64,000 bases of DNA from Bigelowiella natans CCMP2755. Its lineage: Eukaryota; Protista; Cercozoa. The notes below the pieces were generated by a model. That model was not told the origin of the DNA. It worked only from the letters and a program-made list of their open reading frames with translations, and searched no databases. This document shows, one piece after another, positions 1 through 13,326 of this stretch. The translations under genes were made by a program, and so were the position numbers. Position 1 is the stretch's first letter. Each line of letters opens with the position of its first letter. The stretch spans positions 62,001 through 126,000 of the forward strand of contig ADNK01001434.1 in assembly GCA_000320545.1 (NCBI GenBank). The letters run 5' to 3'.

Positions 1-763
1 TGTCGGATTTGATGGGAAGGGGGCGCATGAACGATACCCTGGGGTTCCATCAGAGGATCTTGATGGATTCCTCAAAGCAGAGGTCGTCTCTCTCGAGGAG
101 ATGAAAGCATTAAAATCATATTTGCAGAGTGAGAAAGTCATCCGCATGAATCGTAATGTGGTGGAAAGTGTGATGATTCATGCCGACCTGGAGATGGATA
201 ACCTCTTCGTCGACCGTAAAGCTGCAAAGATCTCCGCTATCATTGACTGGGCCGATCTTCAGTGTGGTCCGCGCTCGGAAGATTTCGCACGACTTTACTG
301 CAGGCTCCATGAAGATCCCAAATGCTGGTATCAATTTATTTGTGCGCTGCTTAAAGTATATATCATTCAACCTTAGAAAGTTGTGGTATTATTTGTTTGC
401 GTCTCGTGATGTCATCCTTTGTTTCTGTGAATCTCATAGGAAAGCACTGCTTGATGGATACTCAAAGCTAGCAACACCTCCATCGTAAGTAAATCCTCAT
501 CTAAATTGTCTCTCTTCCAACTTCTGACTTCTGTACCTCAAGATTCTGAATATCTGTTTCAAACCATCACCACATCTATCAAATCACCGCTTAGGATCAA
601 GGAAATTGAACTCAGAACAGTGGAGCTTCTCCTCTGGCTCCTTCCGGGCAAACGAGATGCGGCGAATAAAAATGAAGATAATGGTATTGGTACGAAGAAA
701 CAGCTGGTTGAAGATTTTAGACGATGCAAACAGCTGTTACTCTCTATTGTTGCTCCAAGATGA
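1..763 (+). CDS. Aminoglycoside phosphotransferase/choline-kinase-like protein, 5' end outside the window
   Basis: Frame is open from base 2. Brenner-type motif IHADLEMDNLF followed by AIIDWAD..GP..EDFA. Introns ~328-439 and ~485-594 join ...KCW|KALLDGY...PPS|IKEIELR to the stop at 763. Confidence 0.75.
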
Positions 764-1306
764 ATTCGCTGTATTCGAATTTTAACGTATAACACAATCG
801 AGCTTCGAGCATTGACCGTGTAAATATATACGCATATGCGAACATGTCTACGAGTCCTAACATTCCATACAGGCCGAATGTATAGTTCCCGTGATTTGAC
901 TTGCTGCCGAATAAGATATGCCACCCTCCAACCAGAGCGTAAGTAAGCTCGTCCACAGCTATTGATATTAGTTTGCTGCTAGCTGCAAGTCATGTTCTAA
1001 ATTGTAAAACAAGTACACTAGCCACTACATAGAAACAATGACATCGAGGCTACACTCCGTTACAACTAGATTTCGGCACAATAACGCGGACATCTGCGAG
1101 CATTTCAAGTGTACGTGTTTGGACACAGCAGTGCGCAGTGACAATCTGTACCTACACATAAGCATGAGCGATGCTCATGCCTATCACTATGCCAGAGCCC
1201 GTCATGATGGGAGAACATGCTCATGAGTGTTGTGTGATAGTGTATCGCAAACACATGTATGGCGGCAAAGCTGATATCTGGATAGCGTTCTGCGATCTTA
1301 AAAGTT

Positions 1307-2639
1307 TTACATTTTACCAGTCTTGCTCGGCCTTTCATTCATTTCCTCACCTCTTTCCTCTAAAGATATCTCGGCCCACACATCAAACACCGGCAGCGGG
1401 TCGGTGTATCCGTTTGCCTCTTCCATGCGCTTTCCACTTCCGTCTCTGCTGCCGCTGTCACCAGTAGATACCCTCTCGCGATTGCAGCAGCTGTCGCTGC
1501 TAGCAGCGTCTGTACCTGTCCTAGTTCGGGTAGAAGAAGAATTCATATTAAGACTGTGCTGTGATCCACCACCTCCCCCTTGTTCCTCGGCACTAACTGT
1601 CTGCGGCTGCTGCTGGGGTTCTCGCTGCGGTGATGGGTCGTTGTCGTCAAGCATGAGAGACATAGCGGCCTCCGGATCGAGTTTGCGCGTTAGGAGGTGC
1701 TCCCAGGGCGGGTTGCGCTCCTCCAAGTAGCGGCCGAAGACGTACTGGAGACCCTCCTTGTCGACGAAGCTCGACGCGCATGATCTAGAAGGATATATGG
1801 GTGGTTGGTGACATCGCAAGCAAGCGCTTATCGACAAGTAGTTCGGAGACAAAAGAGGGACTAAGAGAGGGAAGAGAAGAGAAAGAATGTCTCATCCCCA
1901 CTTCAAACTCGCCATCCCTCTTCCTCTTCCACAGGATTTGGGAGGAGGATGGAAGGAGAATCACAGACACAAAAGCTGCACCTGTCAATATACATGTCGT
2001 CGTCATCGTCATCGTTAAGCCGCGAGTGGTCATAGGGATCCCCTGGTGGCGGTGAATAGGGGAGGAGAGCCGGGGAGAGGAGGGGGGGGGGGTAAGAAGC
2101 AGTAAAGATGGCGACAAATGTAAGACTACAGAGCCATGTATTCGATAGTGCAAGCACGGGATGGCAGTGATTATCAGCTGATGTCCGAATGAGTGCGCGA
2201 TGATTTGTGAAAATATATATTCTGCTCCTTTTGTATCATCCTTATCATCATCAGCATTAGGGGCAGCATCTTCGTTATGTTATGTTCGTCGTCGTTGGTT
2301 GCTTATTTCTTACTCGCCCATTGAATCGGGTACCAGTGCTGGATAGATCCTGAGAATACAACATCATGTTTTGGAATGGCTTGTGTGATGTTAGGTAAGC
2401 GCAATCAGCAGCAGCAGCAGCAGCAGCGACAACAGAATATGCTACGGATTCTTGGTGGTGAAAGTATGCATCTGCTTTTCTATCGTTCATGCGTATGTGC
2501 TCGAATCCGTGCTGAGGTTTGTTTGTTTGCTGTTTTCTCGCATGCAGAGGCTGTAGATGAGAAGATGGCACTAACCAACCTCTGTTGTATTGGTATATCG
2601 TCATCTCCACGCGTTTGATTGGTATCGTCTAGAGGTGTT

Positions 2640-2685
<46 letters not shown>

Positions 2686-3130
2686 CGCACACGCACACAC
2701 GCACACGCGTTTGATCGAAATCATCTAGAAGCATTCACACACAAATACACATACACATACACACATACGCGCGCGCGCATGCACATGTATTGAAAAAGGG
2801 AGGGGGGCAAGGGAGAGAGAGAGTTAAGACATGTGTAGTAGTTAGGACCTGGGTCTTGAGAGCACCAAAACTGTTTGTAATTAATAATTGTTTCCGTTAA
2901 GTATACCCGCAAGGAAACTATTATCATCATCATCATCATCATCATCATGCGAGTGTCATCATCTAACCCCACATACGCGTATTCTAGTTTTTCCCAACCC
3001 CCTCCCCCGCATCCCCAGACATACGTATGTATGTGCATCATAACTTATTTGAGGCAAAAAGAGGAAAATAATTATAAGAGGAACGTTCGTTTTGCTCCCC
3101 CATTTTCCAACAGTTGGCCTTATTTTATAG

Positions 3131-3166
<36 letters not shown>

Positions 3167-3852
3167 CATGGTCGTGCGTGTGAGCTTCATCTGCTTGCCA
3201 CCTGATCAACGGCGAGGGTGAGAAAGGGGCAGGGATGCGGAATCAAGGTCATTGGGACGAATACAAACTCCATGCACACAACCATTCTATCGCAAGCGGA
3301 GCGACTTAAGTGACTGAAATACTCCAGGGGCTTGTAAAATGAATGAGAGAGAGAAACAGAGAGAGAGGGAGGGAGAGAGAGAGAGAGAGCAATTCCACCA
3401 GGCAATATCGTGATCTCTCGGACGTAACGGCCAGACACTTGGTGGACAAGTAGGGCACCGAGGATGCCCCCAATCAGGGGGGGGGACAGCATTAAGACCT
3501 AAATGACATGTACAATGATACCGTCAAGCACAGAACACGCAAGAACGAACGCACGTAGAGAAGATTCACAAGCATGCAAGAAAAGCGCGCCGCAAGAAAA
3601 CGCCTCGGTGAACAGCAACGCCTGCATCTTACCATCGACACAGCGCTCTGTGACAGCACTTCTGGTAGCTGAAATCCTGAGAGAGAAGCGGCCATGCCGA
3701 GCCCCGACGATATGGAGACTGAGTGCGATATCCAGAGCGCAGCACGAGCGGAACCAGCTGGATACCTAGTACCAGTGCAACCGTCCATATTCATCTATAC
3801 CTCTCGCTGCTTTCGGCTTGGGTTGGAGTTTTCCGCCCCCCTCCCCCCACTG

Positions 3853-3895
<43 letters not shown>

Positions 3896-4620
3896 ATTCC
3901 ACCCCCACCCCCTTCAGTTACGTTTAGAGGAGGTTTGAGAGATGCCATCATCAATGGTTTTAGAACTCTATGTGGGTGTGTGTGTTCTCGCTAAGTGCCT
4001 GTAAACGACGCGGTCCTTGCGAAAGCGATCGACAGGTAATCCACTACAAGTCAAACACACAGTCAAGCAGCTCAGGATTCAAGATTGATTCCAACATGAA
4101 TGAACTAAGCCCTCCCCCCCCCCCCCTCTCTCTCCCTCCCTCCCTCCCTTTCACTATACTGCACCATGGCTCATCTTGCTTTCAATTTCTTAACGGACGC
4201 CTCACTACCTATGAATCTTAAACTGCGAGGCATCTGCTCCTATCCCAGGGTGATCACCGTGTCGCGGAATAAATAGCGACAGCTCACGCCCCCCGCCACG
4301 CCCCAGGCGACTATTGTGAACAGAAGACAGAGGATGAGAACACAGATCGAGGGGGAGAATGGTCGATTCTAACAAGCACAACCGGACAAGAGGAGATCCT
4401 GTGCCGCACCGTGATGTCCATCTCCTCATGATATAACGTGCCTCCCTCTAGGTGACGTCCGTCCCACCAGCGGTCGCCGGGCGCCAAAGCTCCGAAGAGG
4501 AGGAGGAGGAGGAGGAGGACGAGGTGTCGTGTCGATCGACGATTTGTTGTGAGAGCGCTGGCGCTCTTCTGAAACCCCAAACGCCGTGCAAATCCTAGGG
4601 AATTTGCCTTGTCGCAGCAT
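1307..4620 (-). CDS. TMEM70/TMEM186/TMEM223-family mitochondrial inner-membrane protein, multi-exon; the middle exons are uncertain
   Basis: Manual splicing gives an Arg-rich N-terminus (MLRQGKFPR...), KDRVVYR|YP, two hydrophobic segments, then RYVREITILP|GGKQMKLTRTT|IFG and C-terminal SFVDKEGLQYVFG. These match my recollection of the family pattern (TM2-RxVxxxxLxxGGxxxxLT..FG; DxxxFxxVFG). Confidence 0.55.
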
Positions 4621-4805
4621 GAAGAATGCGCTTGATACTTGTTTCTTGTTGTCGCAGGACGAAAAAGACTCCTGAAAACGACCTACCCCCGCGAGGGGAA
4701 AGACGCTGTGAACAACAACACGGGAACCCACTTCGGTTGTAGGGAGACGGCTAGATTGGAACACGAGCACTACGGCAAGGAAAGTGGCCCAAGTAGTCTG
4801 GGGGA
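4621..4805. promoter_or_regulatory. Probable compact bidirectional promoter
   Basis: About 185 bp separate the inferred divergent start codons of the TMEM-like and NLR-like genes. Confidence 0.45.
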
Positions 4806-5215
4806 ATGTCCTCACCTTCCAAGAAGGAGATGATGGACTTCATCTTCGGGTACGGCAGCATTATCAATTATAAGAGTCGGAGCTCCACCCTGGGCCGGAA
4901 CAAACCAGGAGGAGGAGGAGGAGGAGGCGGTAGTGGTGGCGCTGTCCTAGCGCGGATTTCTGATAAGGTTAGTTGGACGTAGGGCTGGTAGAAGAGGAAG
5001 GGAGAGGGAGGAGGAGGAGGAGGAGGACGACGACGTGTACTTATTGCCCCTGTTTTCTTGAATGGTAAAGGCTCACGTCACGCACGCGTGTTTTAGTTCT
5101 TAATGTATCGCATATCCTAGTTTCCCTGGATTCGCACGTGGTCGTTTCGGAGCTCCACGGGTTTCACAGCTTTGGGATTAAGGTGATGACACACTCCATG
5201 AAAACGGGCGACAAA

Positions 5216-5253
<38 letters not shown>

Positions 5254-7073
5254 ATTCAACCCACCTCACCACCTCCTATGCTCTTTCTCCAGGAAATGCC
5301 GGCCCTCCGAAACGCCCCTGGGCCTTAACGGCGTGATCTTCCCAGTGGAGGATCTTACTGAATTTGATAAACGGGAGGCAGGGTACTATCGGATCCCTCT
5401 CGATCCCGCGTATCTATGCGACTTTCAGGCCATTCTTCGTGACGTCAAGCAGAAAGACGAAGACACCGATAATGGCAATGGCGACAACGCCAATACCAAT
5501 GGTGGTACCGACCAGAAAACGACCGCATCGGCGATGGGGCCACAGTGGGTGCAGAAGCTGGAGAATCTTGCAGCTGCCCGCCCCCTGGAACCGAGATCTC
5601 CCTCCTCGTGCATGCGCGTGTGGATCTATATTCCAGAAGAATCGAAGCCCGCGACCGGAGAGTTTCCCATCTGCCAAAGCTACGTGGACACGTGCCTCTC
5701 AGGCTGTCTCGAGGAGGGGGGGGAGGCGTTTGCATGCGAGTTCATTCAGAAAACGCGCGACTGGTGCGCATACTATCTAAACGATATTCCGCTCAGTCGG
5801 CGGCCGTGGCTACATCGTGGCAAGCAATATAGGAAAGTCGACGAGATACTCACACGGTACGTATTGTTCATACCCAACAACAACAACAACAACGATGACG
5901 ACGACGACTATAACAATAACAATGACAATAATAATAAGAAGAACAATAAACGCTTTCCATCGCACGCCTACACACATCAGCTCCCCGCATCCCACCAACA
6001 CACATTGTATTGTGCGCTACACCTACTCCCCTCGCCCCCTCTCCTCCTCTCTTCCGCAGGTACAACACAACGACGCATGTCAGCGAGCGCTGCCACCCGG
6101 AGGAGTTTGCCGCTAAGTTTCTAAAGGGAGTGGCTGGGATGTGGGGTGTGCCGCGGCGGAATCATCTTTTCGCAAGTCGCGAGCGCGAGATCGAGGACCT
6201 GGAGAGTTTGTTCGCGGCCGCTGGCAACCACACGCGCGTGCATATCGTGGGGCTGGGAGGGGTCGGCAAAACGCAGCTCGCGATCGAGTATGCACATAGA
6301 CATTACCGCCACCCCTCTCTCACCCGCCATCATCCCCCCGCACCGAGACCACTGCGGGGCAGTGCCGGAGGAAGAGGGGAGGGACAGGATCAAGACAACA
6401 ATGAGAAGGTGCAGCAGCGGAAGGACGGCAAGGGCCGCGTAAGGTCTGTTGTATGTGGTGTGTTTCTGTCTGTCTGTCTGTCTGTGTGTGTGTGTGTGTT
6501 TGTGTGTGTGGTTATTTTTGCAGTTTACCACTTCCTTCATCCTCCCCCTCGCGATCCTCCTCAAATTACTCACACACACTCAAACACGCACACACACACA
6601 ATGAATACTAAAATTAGGGTTAATGCCAGCAGCAGCAGCAGCAGCAGCAGCGAGCCGCACGAAATAGCATTGACGAAGGGGAGCGCAACTCATGGCGGAG
6701 AAAAGCAGCCCACCTTATCACGAAGTCGTTCTTCAAATAGATATCGGCTCATCGTATGGGTATTTCATTTGCAGCAGTAGAGGCAGCAACAACAGTACTA
6801 GTAATAGTAGTAGTTGTACTGCCTGCCACTACAACAACAACATCAACAACAACTACTCTACTACCACTACTACTACTACTTCTGCTATTAAGCGATCCAC
6901 CGTGGTCAGCAATCAGCACGATATTATTCTATCGCCAGGTTCAAGCGGAGACGAGGGAGGCCCTCGTAAATGATCTGTGCTGCGCCGCGATGGACTTCGG
7001 TTTGGACGTCAAAGGCAAAACCAACCTGCAGGTAGGTAGGTAGGTAGTAGCATGTTATTGGTGACGATCGATC

Positions 7074-7109
<36 letters not shown>

Positions 7110-7446
7110 GTGAGGATGATCGATTGTGGTGATTGGAATCAACCACAACAATGTTGGTGATTCTGATCTTGCCATGTTACACAACTGCGTCGTCTCCAAG
7201 AGGACGATGAACATGACCGAAAAATAACGACGATGATGATTAGCTTTTACACTCAACGGTTCGGTGTCATCTCTGTCTTTCCAGGACAGAGAACGTCGCC
7301 GCTTCGTACCATTGTTGAAACTGCATGTATGTTTCTTTCATGCTGCATCTTCTTCTTCTTGTTTCTTCTTCCTCTTCTTCTTCCTCTTCTACTGCTGCTG
7401 CTCTTCCACAACCTAATACGCCCTCTGCAACCCCCTCTTCCTTATT

Positions 7447-7487
<41 letters not shown>

Positions 7488-8013
7488 ACTTGTCCTTGAT
7501 CCATCCAAAGGTGTCGGAGACGTTCAAAGCGAGCCTGTGCCAAAGTCAGTCGGCCTGGCTGCTGATATTCGACAACGCGGAGAGAATGGACGTCATCGAG
7601 GAGTTCACACCCAGGGGAGGGCAGATGGGGCATGTCCTCGTCACTTCGCGTGTACGCCATAACAGGCAGGAGGCAGCGCTCTTGCTCGATTGCTTCTCCA
7701 CGGCTGATGCGCTGTCGTTCCTCCACCGTGCGGCTGGTCCTGCAGCGGGCGTTCTAGAGCCATTCGATAAGGAGGAGAGGGGGATCGGAGGGGGAGAAGG
7801 AGGAGGAGGAGGAGGAGGAGGAGAGAGCGGCAGCGAAGACGCGAAGAAAGAAAGGAATACTGCTGCTACAGCTAGTACAATAGCTACAGCGGCTGTAAGC
7901 TTGACTCCTACTTTCACGTCGTCGGGTGAAAAACTGGTCAAGATGCTGGGCGGACTTCCATTGGCCCTGGCAATGGCGGCAGCATATATGCAGCGTTCAG
8001 ATCTTTCCTGTAA

Positions 8014-8052
<39 letters not shown>

Positions 8053-11000
8053 ACACGGCTGTAATAAGCACTGTACATTGTCTACCGCCACCACCAACAA
8101 TATATTACTAGTTATTACGACGACGGTGAGGGGGAGGATATAACTCGTATGTTACCCTCCCATCTCATAATTACCCTCATCTTTAACCTTCCCCCCCCCC
8201 CCCCTTCCCGCCCTTAGGCAAGGAGTATATCCTCAAATTCCGACGAAGCCGCAACAGGGCGCAGCTGCTGGAGCACAAGATTTCCCAGCTAGCGGACTAC
8301 AGGACAGGGTTAATCGCCAGCCTGTCGCTCAGCATATCGAAGCTAAAGCATGAAAGGAAGGAGGCCAGCGAAGTCCTGCAAGGTGGGAGGCAACGACAAA
8401 TGAACTAAGCAGCTGTTGTTCTTCTATTCTTGCTATAGCTGTGTATTATTATATCTGAGTTATTGCTCGTTTCTGTCCTATTCCCTCTCTCTACCCACCC
8501 TCTTTGCCTTTTCTCCTCCCTCTTAATTTGACCCCCCCCCCCCCCCCCCCCCCCCCTCCACACACCAGATCTGAGTTTAATGGCACCAGAGGGTATAACC
8601 AAGAGCATGGTTCGTGCTCTGCTGGTGCAGCATCGGCGGATGAGGGAGGCAGAGAGAATTCGTCTAAAAAGGGAGAAGAGAAGGAAAGAGGGGATCATGA
8701 TGATGATGATGGCAGAAAAGAAGAAGATAAGTGATGAAGAAGCGAAAAGGCGGAAGGAACATGTAGCCGACAGCACCTCTTCCTCCCCGTTGTCTTCGCT
8801 GTTGTGGAATCGCAACTGGACCCTTGCCGCCGCATGTCTGTGGTGGTGTTGTTTCACAGGCTGCTGCTGGTATATCGTGGTCGTCCGGTGGGGGAGCAGC
8901 AACTCGAGGAGCCTTTTCAGCAATCCATTCCTGCAAGGTGGTGATGATTATGATGATGATTATGATGGGGATTCGTCAACTATCGGCGGGCAGCAGCATG
9001 TCAAAGAAGATGGTATAGTTCTTCCCTCCTACGGGTCATTCTGGTTGCTGTTACTGCTACTGCTCTCGCTATTCCTTGCCCTGATTTCGTCAGTAGCAGC
9101 GTTCGTCCCATTTGTAGCCCCGACCCCATTCGTACTGGTGCCAGCCGCGAGAGGAGGGAGTGCAAAAACATCATCATCATCATCATCATCATCATCTACT
9201 TCATCATCTTCATCACCACCGGTTGCTTCCTCCTCCTCCTCCTCCTCCTCCTCCTCCTCCTCGTCGTCGAGCTTAAAGAAGAAGACAACGGGGAGAGAGG
9301 GGACGAGAGAGAAGAAAATCGACCTCGAAGACGACATCGACGACATCGACGACGACGACGACGAGTTAGAGGAAGGTGATGGTAATGGAGATCATTCTGA
9401 TGATCATACAAAGGAAGGCGCTTGGATTATTGCAGGTGGCAAATGCAGAAATGGGCGACAGAATCACGGTGCTTCCGCCACCACAATCACCACAATCACC
9501 ACCACCACCACCAGCAGCAGCAGCAGCAGCAGCACAACTACCGTCGACACAGATGCACTGTGGGACGCATTGAAGACATACAGCCTTCTTATCGTGCGAC
9601 AGTCACGCTCAGCCTCCATGCACAGGCTGCTGCAGGAGGTCATTCAAGCGGTGTGCTTCCGGTCCTCCTCGCAGCGCCAATCAGCACTTGCGCGATGCGT
9701 GGCGGCGCTCGAGCAGCTTTGGTCGTTCGATCCGGATAATACGAAGACGTGGCAGCCGGCGGCTGGCCTCATCGACCACATCAAAACCGTTGCGAACAAC
9801 GTTATGTTGGAGCTGCAAGGAGGGGGGAGGAAGAAAAAGAAGAAGAAGAAGAAGAAGACGAGGAAAAAGCAGCGGAAGAAGGCGAAGACGCTGGCGCTAC
9901 CAGCGGCGGTGGCGACCTCGTTTCTGGGATCGATTGCACGCATCCTGACCCACGCCGCGGTATTTATGACGATGGCCTTCAACAGATTCGAGGAGGCGCA
10001 CAACGTGCTGAACATTGCCCTACACCTCAGCGAAGCACGCATCAGGATCGTCAGCAGAAGAGCAAGAACAAGAACAAGAAGAGCACGACGAAAAGACAAC
10101 GAGGAGTTAGACCATCATGATGATGATGACGATGATGACGATGATGAACATGGTGACGATGACGATGTCGACTCATCCAAGAAGCAGCAGAGCGACGTGG
10201 TGAGGGCCATGAGGGAGCATGCCGTCACCCTGCGATCGCTGGGGCAGGTGCTGCGCTATAGAGGTTTATATGTAGAAGCAGAGGCTAAGCTTACCGAGGC
10301 ACTGGATATACAGCAGCGGCAGCAGCAGGAAGAGGAGGAGGAGGAGGAGGAGAGCGAGAAGAAGGGGGGGGGGGATCAAAAGAAGGAGCATCGCTGCTAT
10401 AGTAGCAGCAGCAGCAGCAGCAGCAGCAAGTAAGTTATTCGTTGATGTAGCTGTGCATGATGTTGATTTCGTTGTTGGGAAGATGGAGAGGAGGAGGGGG
10501 AAGAAAAAGGAGGAAAGAATAAACAGCAGCAAGAATGGGTCGATGAGAAGGAGGGATAAGGGAGAGAGTTGCTTCTTCACTACTGCTGCATGGTAGTCAT
10601 GGCGTCGATGTGCTATAGATGTGTGATTGCGTCGATACGTGTGTGTGTGTGTGTGTGTCTATTTGAGTAGCAGTAGCAGATTCGAGTGTGCGGTTACATT
10701 GCACGAGCTTGGAGTATTGTCTCTCAAGATGTCGAGGAGGCAGGAGGCTGAGCAACTTCTTGATCAGGTAGTAATAATGCCTGCCGCCATAGGAACAAGC
10801 CCACCCACCTGCCTACGAGAGAAGAGAGGCATGCCGCATCTTTTTCTAATCCCCACCCCCCCGTAACGACGTGTCTTCTTCACCCCCCCCTCAGGCACTC
10901 GCGCTCAAACGAGAACATCTCAAAAACTACGTTGAGGAGGAGGAGGGGGAGGGGAAGGAGGATGAAGATGAAGACGAGGAATCAGACATCGACGATGTGA

Positions 11001-11651
11001 ATGAGGACGAAGGAGAAGATGAAGAAGAAGATGATGAAGAAGAAGAAGAGGCATTACCAAGCGGAAAATCAAATGGAGGCACTCCTAGCTCTGCTAGTAT
11101 TAGCGACGCTGCCGCTCCCCGCCGCAGCAGCCTCCTGCGTTCTGTCGCGGCTACTCTCCACCAGCTTGGCGTCATGGCCATCAACTCGCGGCCTCCCCGC
11201 TACGAGCATGCGGAGCGTCTGCTCAAAGAGGCGCTGATGCTCGAGCGCAAGTGCGGCGGGTACACCTCCAGCGTGCGCACGGCTGCAACGCTGACGCAGC
11301 TAGGAAAGATCGCCCTCAGGAGGTCACGGCTTGCGGGTGCGGAGTGCAGCCTGAAACAAGCGCTCAGCATCCTCACCAAGACGTATAAGTCCGAGATGCA
11401 CGTCAATGTTGCTTCGGTGCGGCATCAGCTGGCAGCTCTGAGCCAGAGGAGAGGGCTCTTCGACGATGCCGCCTACCAGCTGAGGCAAGCGTTGCGTATC
11501 CGGCAGAAAGTCTACGGAACTTCAAGACACCTCGAGGTGGTAGTGGTGGTGGTGGTGGTGGTGGTGGGTGGTAGTAGACAGATAGGTGGCATAGCTACGC
11601 TTTGAGAAGTGTCGCGTCGTCGTCGTCGTCGTACTCGTAGTAATAGAAGAA

Positions 11652-11684
<33 letters not shown>

Positions 11685-13326
11685 ATAGTAGCACGCGATG
11701 GTTTTCATTCCTCGTTGTTGATTGCTTTACTTTGCTCGCAGCCGTAACTGACCAACCAAATACTGAGCGTAGTTTTGCGAATGATTGAGGAGTGCTGCTG
11801 CTGCTGCTGCTGGCTGTATGCTTCTTCGTTGATATTCATATTCCTCACTGCTGCCAGGTGGCGTACACGTTCCACGAGCTAGGGCGCCTAGAGCGAGCGC
11901 GCGGGGATCTCTTGTCCGCTGAGGGCTACTTCCGTGAGCAGGATGCGATCTTATCGCTCCTCATACGACAAGGGGACGATACTGCGGCCGCTGCAGAAGC
12001 GGCAGCAGCGGCAGCAGTGATATCAGAACGTGGGGACACCAAACAGCCTTGGTGCAACGACGTAACCAAACGTGCGAAGATCGGGAACGTTGCGGTGTCG
12101 TGCCTTTATGCCCTCAGGGGCGTGTATAAGGAGATGGGTTCCGAGCGCGATGACGACCTGAAAAGAATCACTACGCGCCTCACGGAGCTCCGACGGGAGG
12201 TCAAGCGCGACACGCAGCACCTGCAGCGACAGCGCCAAAAACGACGGGCGCGACAGCAGAAGGCGAGGACGATGGAGGGCAACCAAGATAGAAAAAATGA
12301 TAATGAAGAGGAGGAAGAAGGTGATGATGATAGTCAGAATGGTGAGGATTGGAGTGGTGGTGAGGAGGGAGGCGGGTTCTACGAGGAGGAGGATGCCGAC
12401 GCCGGAGATATGCAGGTCTGTCATATGTAATGTGTGTGCGTGTGTGCATGTGTGTGCATGTGTGTGCGTGTGTGTGGGGCGTGAGAACAAAGTACACGTA
12501 CACATGAAGGCACACAATTAAGTCGTATGTCAATGCAAACTGGCATGAAAGATGATCTTATCGCCATCATCATCATCGTCGTCATCTTCACACCATCAAA
12601 TAGGTTGCAGCTGTCCCGGTATCCATCAGCATGGCGCTGGCCCTCCGAGAACGACTCCGTCAGATTCTCGTCCAACGCTCTGCAGCAGCAGCGGCATCAC
12701 ACACAGTTGTCACTATTCGCCCGAAAATGAACGCCAACAGCCAGGACGGCGACGATGAGATATTGACTCAGTTGTACCGCAAGATTAACCGCGAGTGTGC
12801 CGAATGCTGTGCTGCCGCAGAAGCCGATCTAAAGATACTAGCTACCAAAGCGATGATGTCGGAGGAGTCGTCGGGGGGTGCAAAGTTCAGGCGGAGAAGG
12901 AGGCGTAGAGGAGCAGCGAGGAGGAAGATCTTGTCGTCACTGATTGAGAATCTCAAAACCATCTCCCAGATCACCCTAAAGCTCTCTTCGAGAGTAGGTG
13001 ATGGGGAAGGAGAAGGTGTGGGGGTGGCATTAGACGATAATGGAAAGAAAGCCAGCGACGGAGAGAACAAGGAGGGCAGCGGCGTTCCCTTAGGTATCAA
13101 TGTGGAGGCAAGTCCTGCTGCTGGTGACCATGCAAATACTACTGGTATGAGCACCAACGCCCATGATGTTAGTAAGCAGCAGAATAAGAACAAGAGCAAG
13201 AGGAACAAGAACAAGAACCAACGCAGCAGCGGCACCAGGGCGGTGTTGTTTACGGCGTGCGACTCCATTAGATCTCTTGCCAGAAAGCTCGGTGTCGTTG
13301 TGAACGACAAGGTGGCGGCAAGCTAA
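4806..13326 (+). CDS. NLR-like STAND protein: N-terminal GGCT/ChaC-like domain + NB-ARC + TPR repeats, with a hydrophobic insertion
   Basis: GGCT-like part: MDFIFGYGSIIN..SR (exon 4806-4967), RTWSFRSSTGFTALG (exon from 5121), NGVIFPV..LTEFDKREAGYYR, PICQSYVD. NB-ARC: VPRRNHLFASRE, P-loop GLGGVGKTQLAIEYAH, Walker B WLLIFDNAE, HVLVTSR, GGLPLAL, MHRLLQEV. TPRs: AVTLRSLGQVLRYRG.Y.EAE, AATLHQLG, VASVRHQLA, VAYTFHELG. Confidence 0.9.

Noticed and set aside
376-384. 9-nt microexon candidate in the APH-like gene
   Set aside because: Including it creates a TGA at the junction, whereas the direct splice 328-439 keeps the frame.
2608-2760. Diverged ~95-bp intronic tandem duplication (CACGCGTTTGAT...TCTAGA + (CA)n)
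   Set aside because: Real, but most simply a local slippage duplication in an intron, with no sign of function.
2376-3183. Many ORFs rich in HTHT, CVCV, YIYI, SLSL or poly-M/L, here and throughout the window
   Set aside because: They are translations of intronic microsatellites, not proteins.
4426-4428. In-frame TGA in the minus ORF 4426..4815 as possible selenocysteine or recoding
   Set aside because: It is plausibly intronic, since an upstream donor restores a frame. There is no selenoprotein motif, and other genes end at standard stops.
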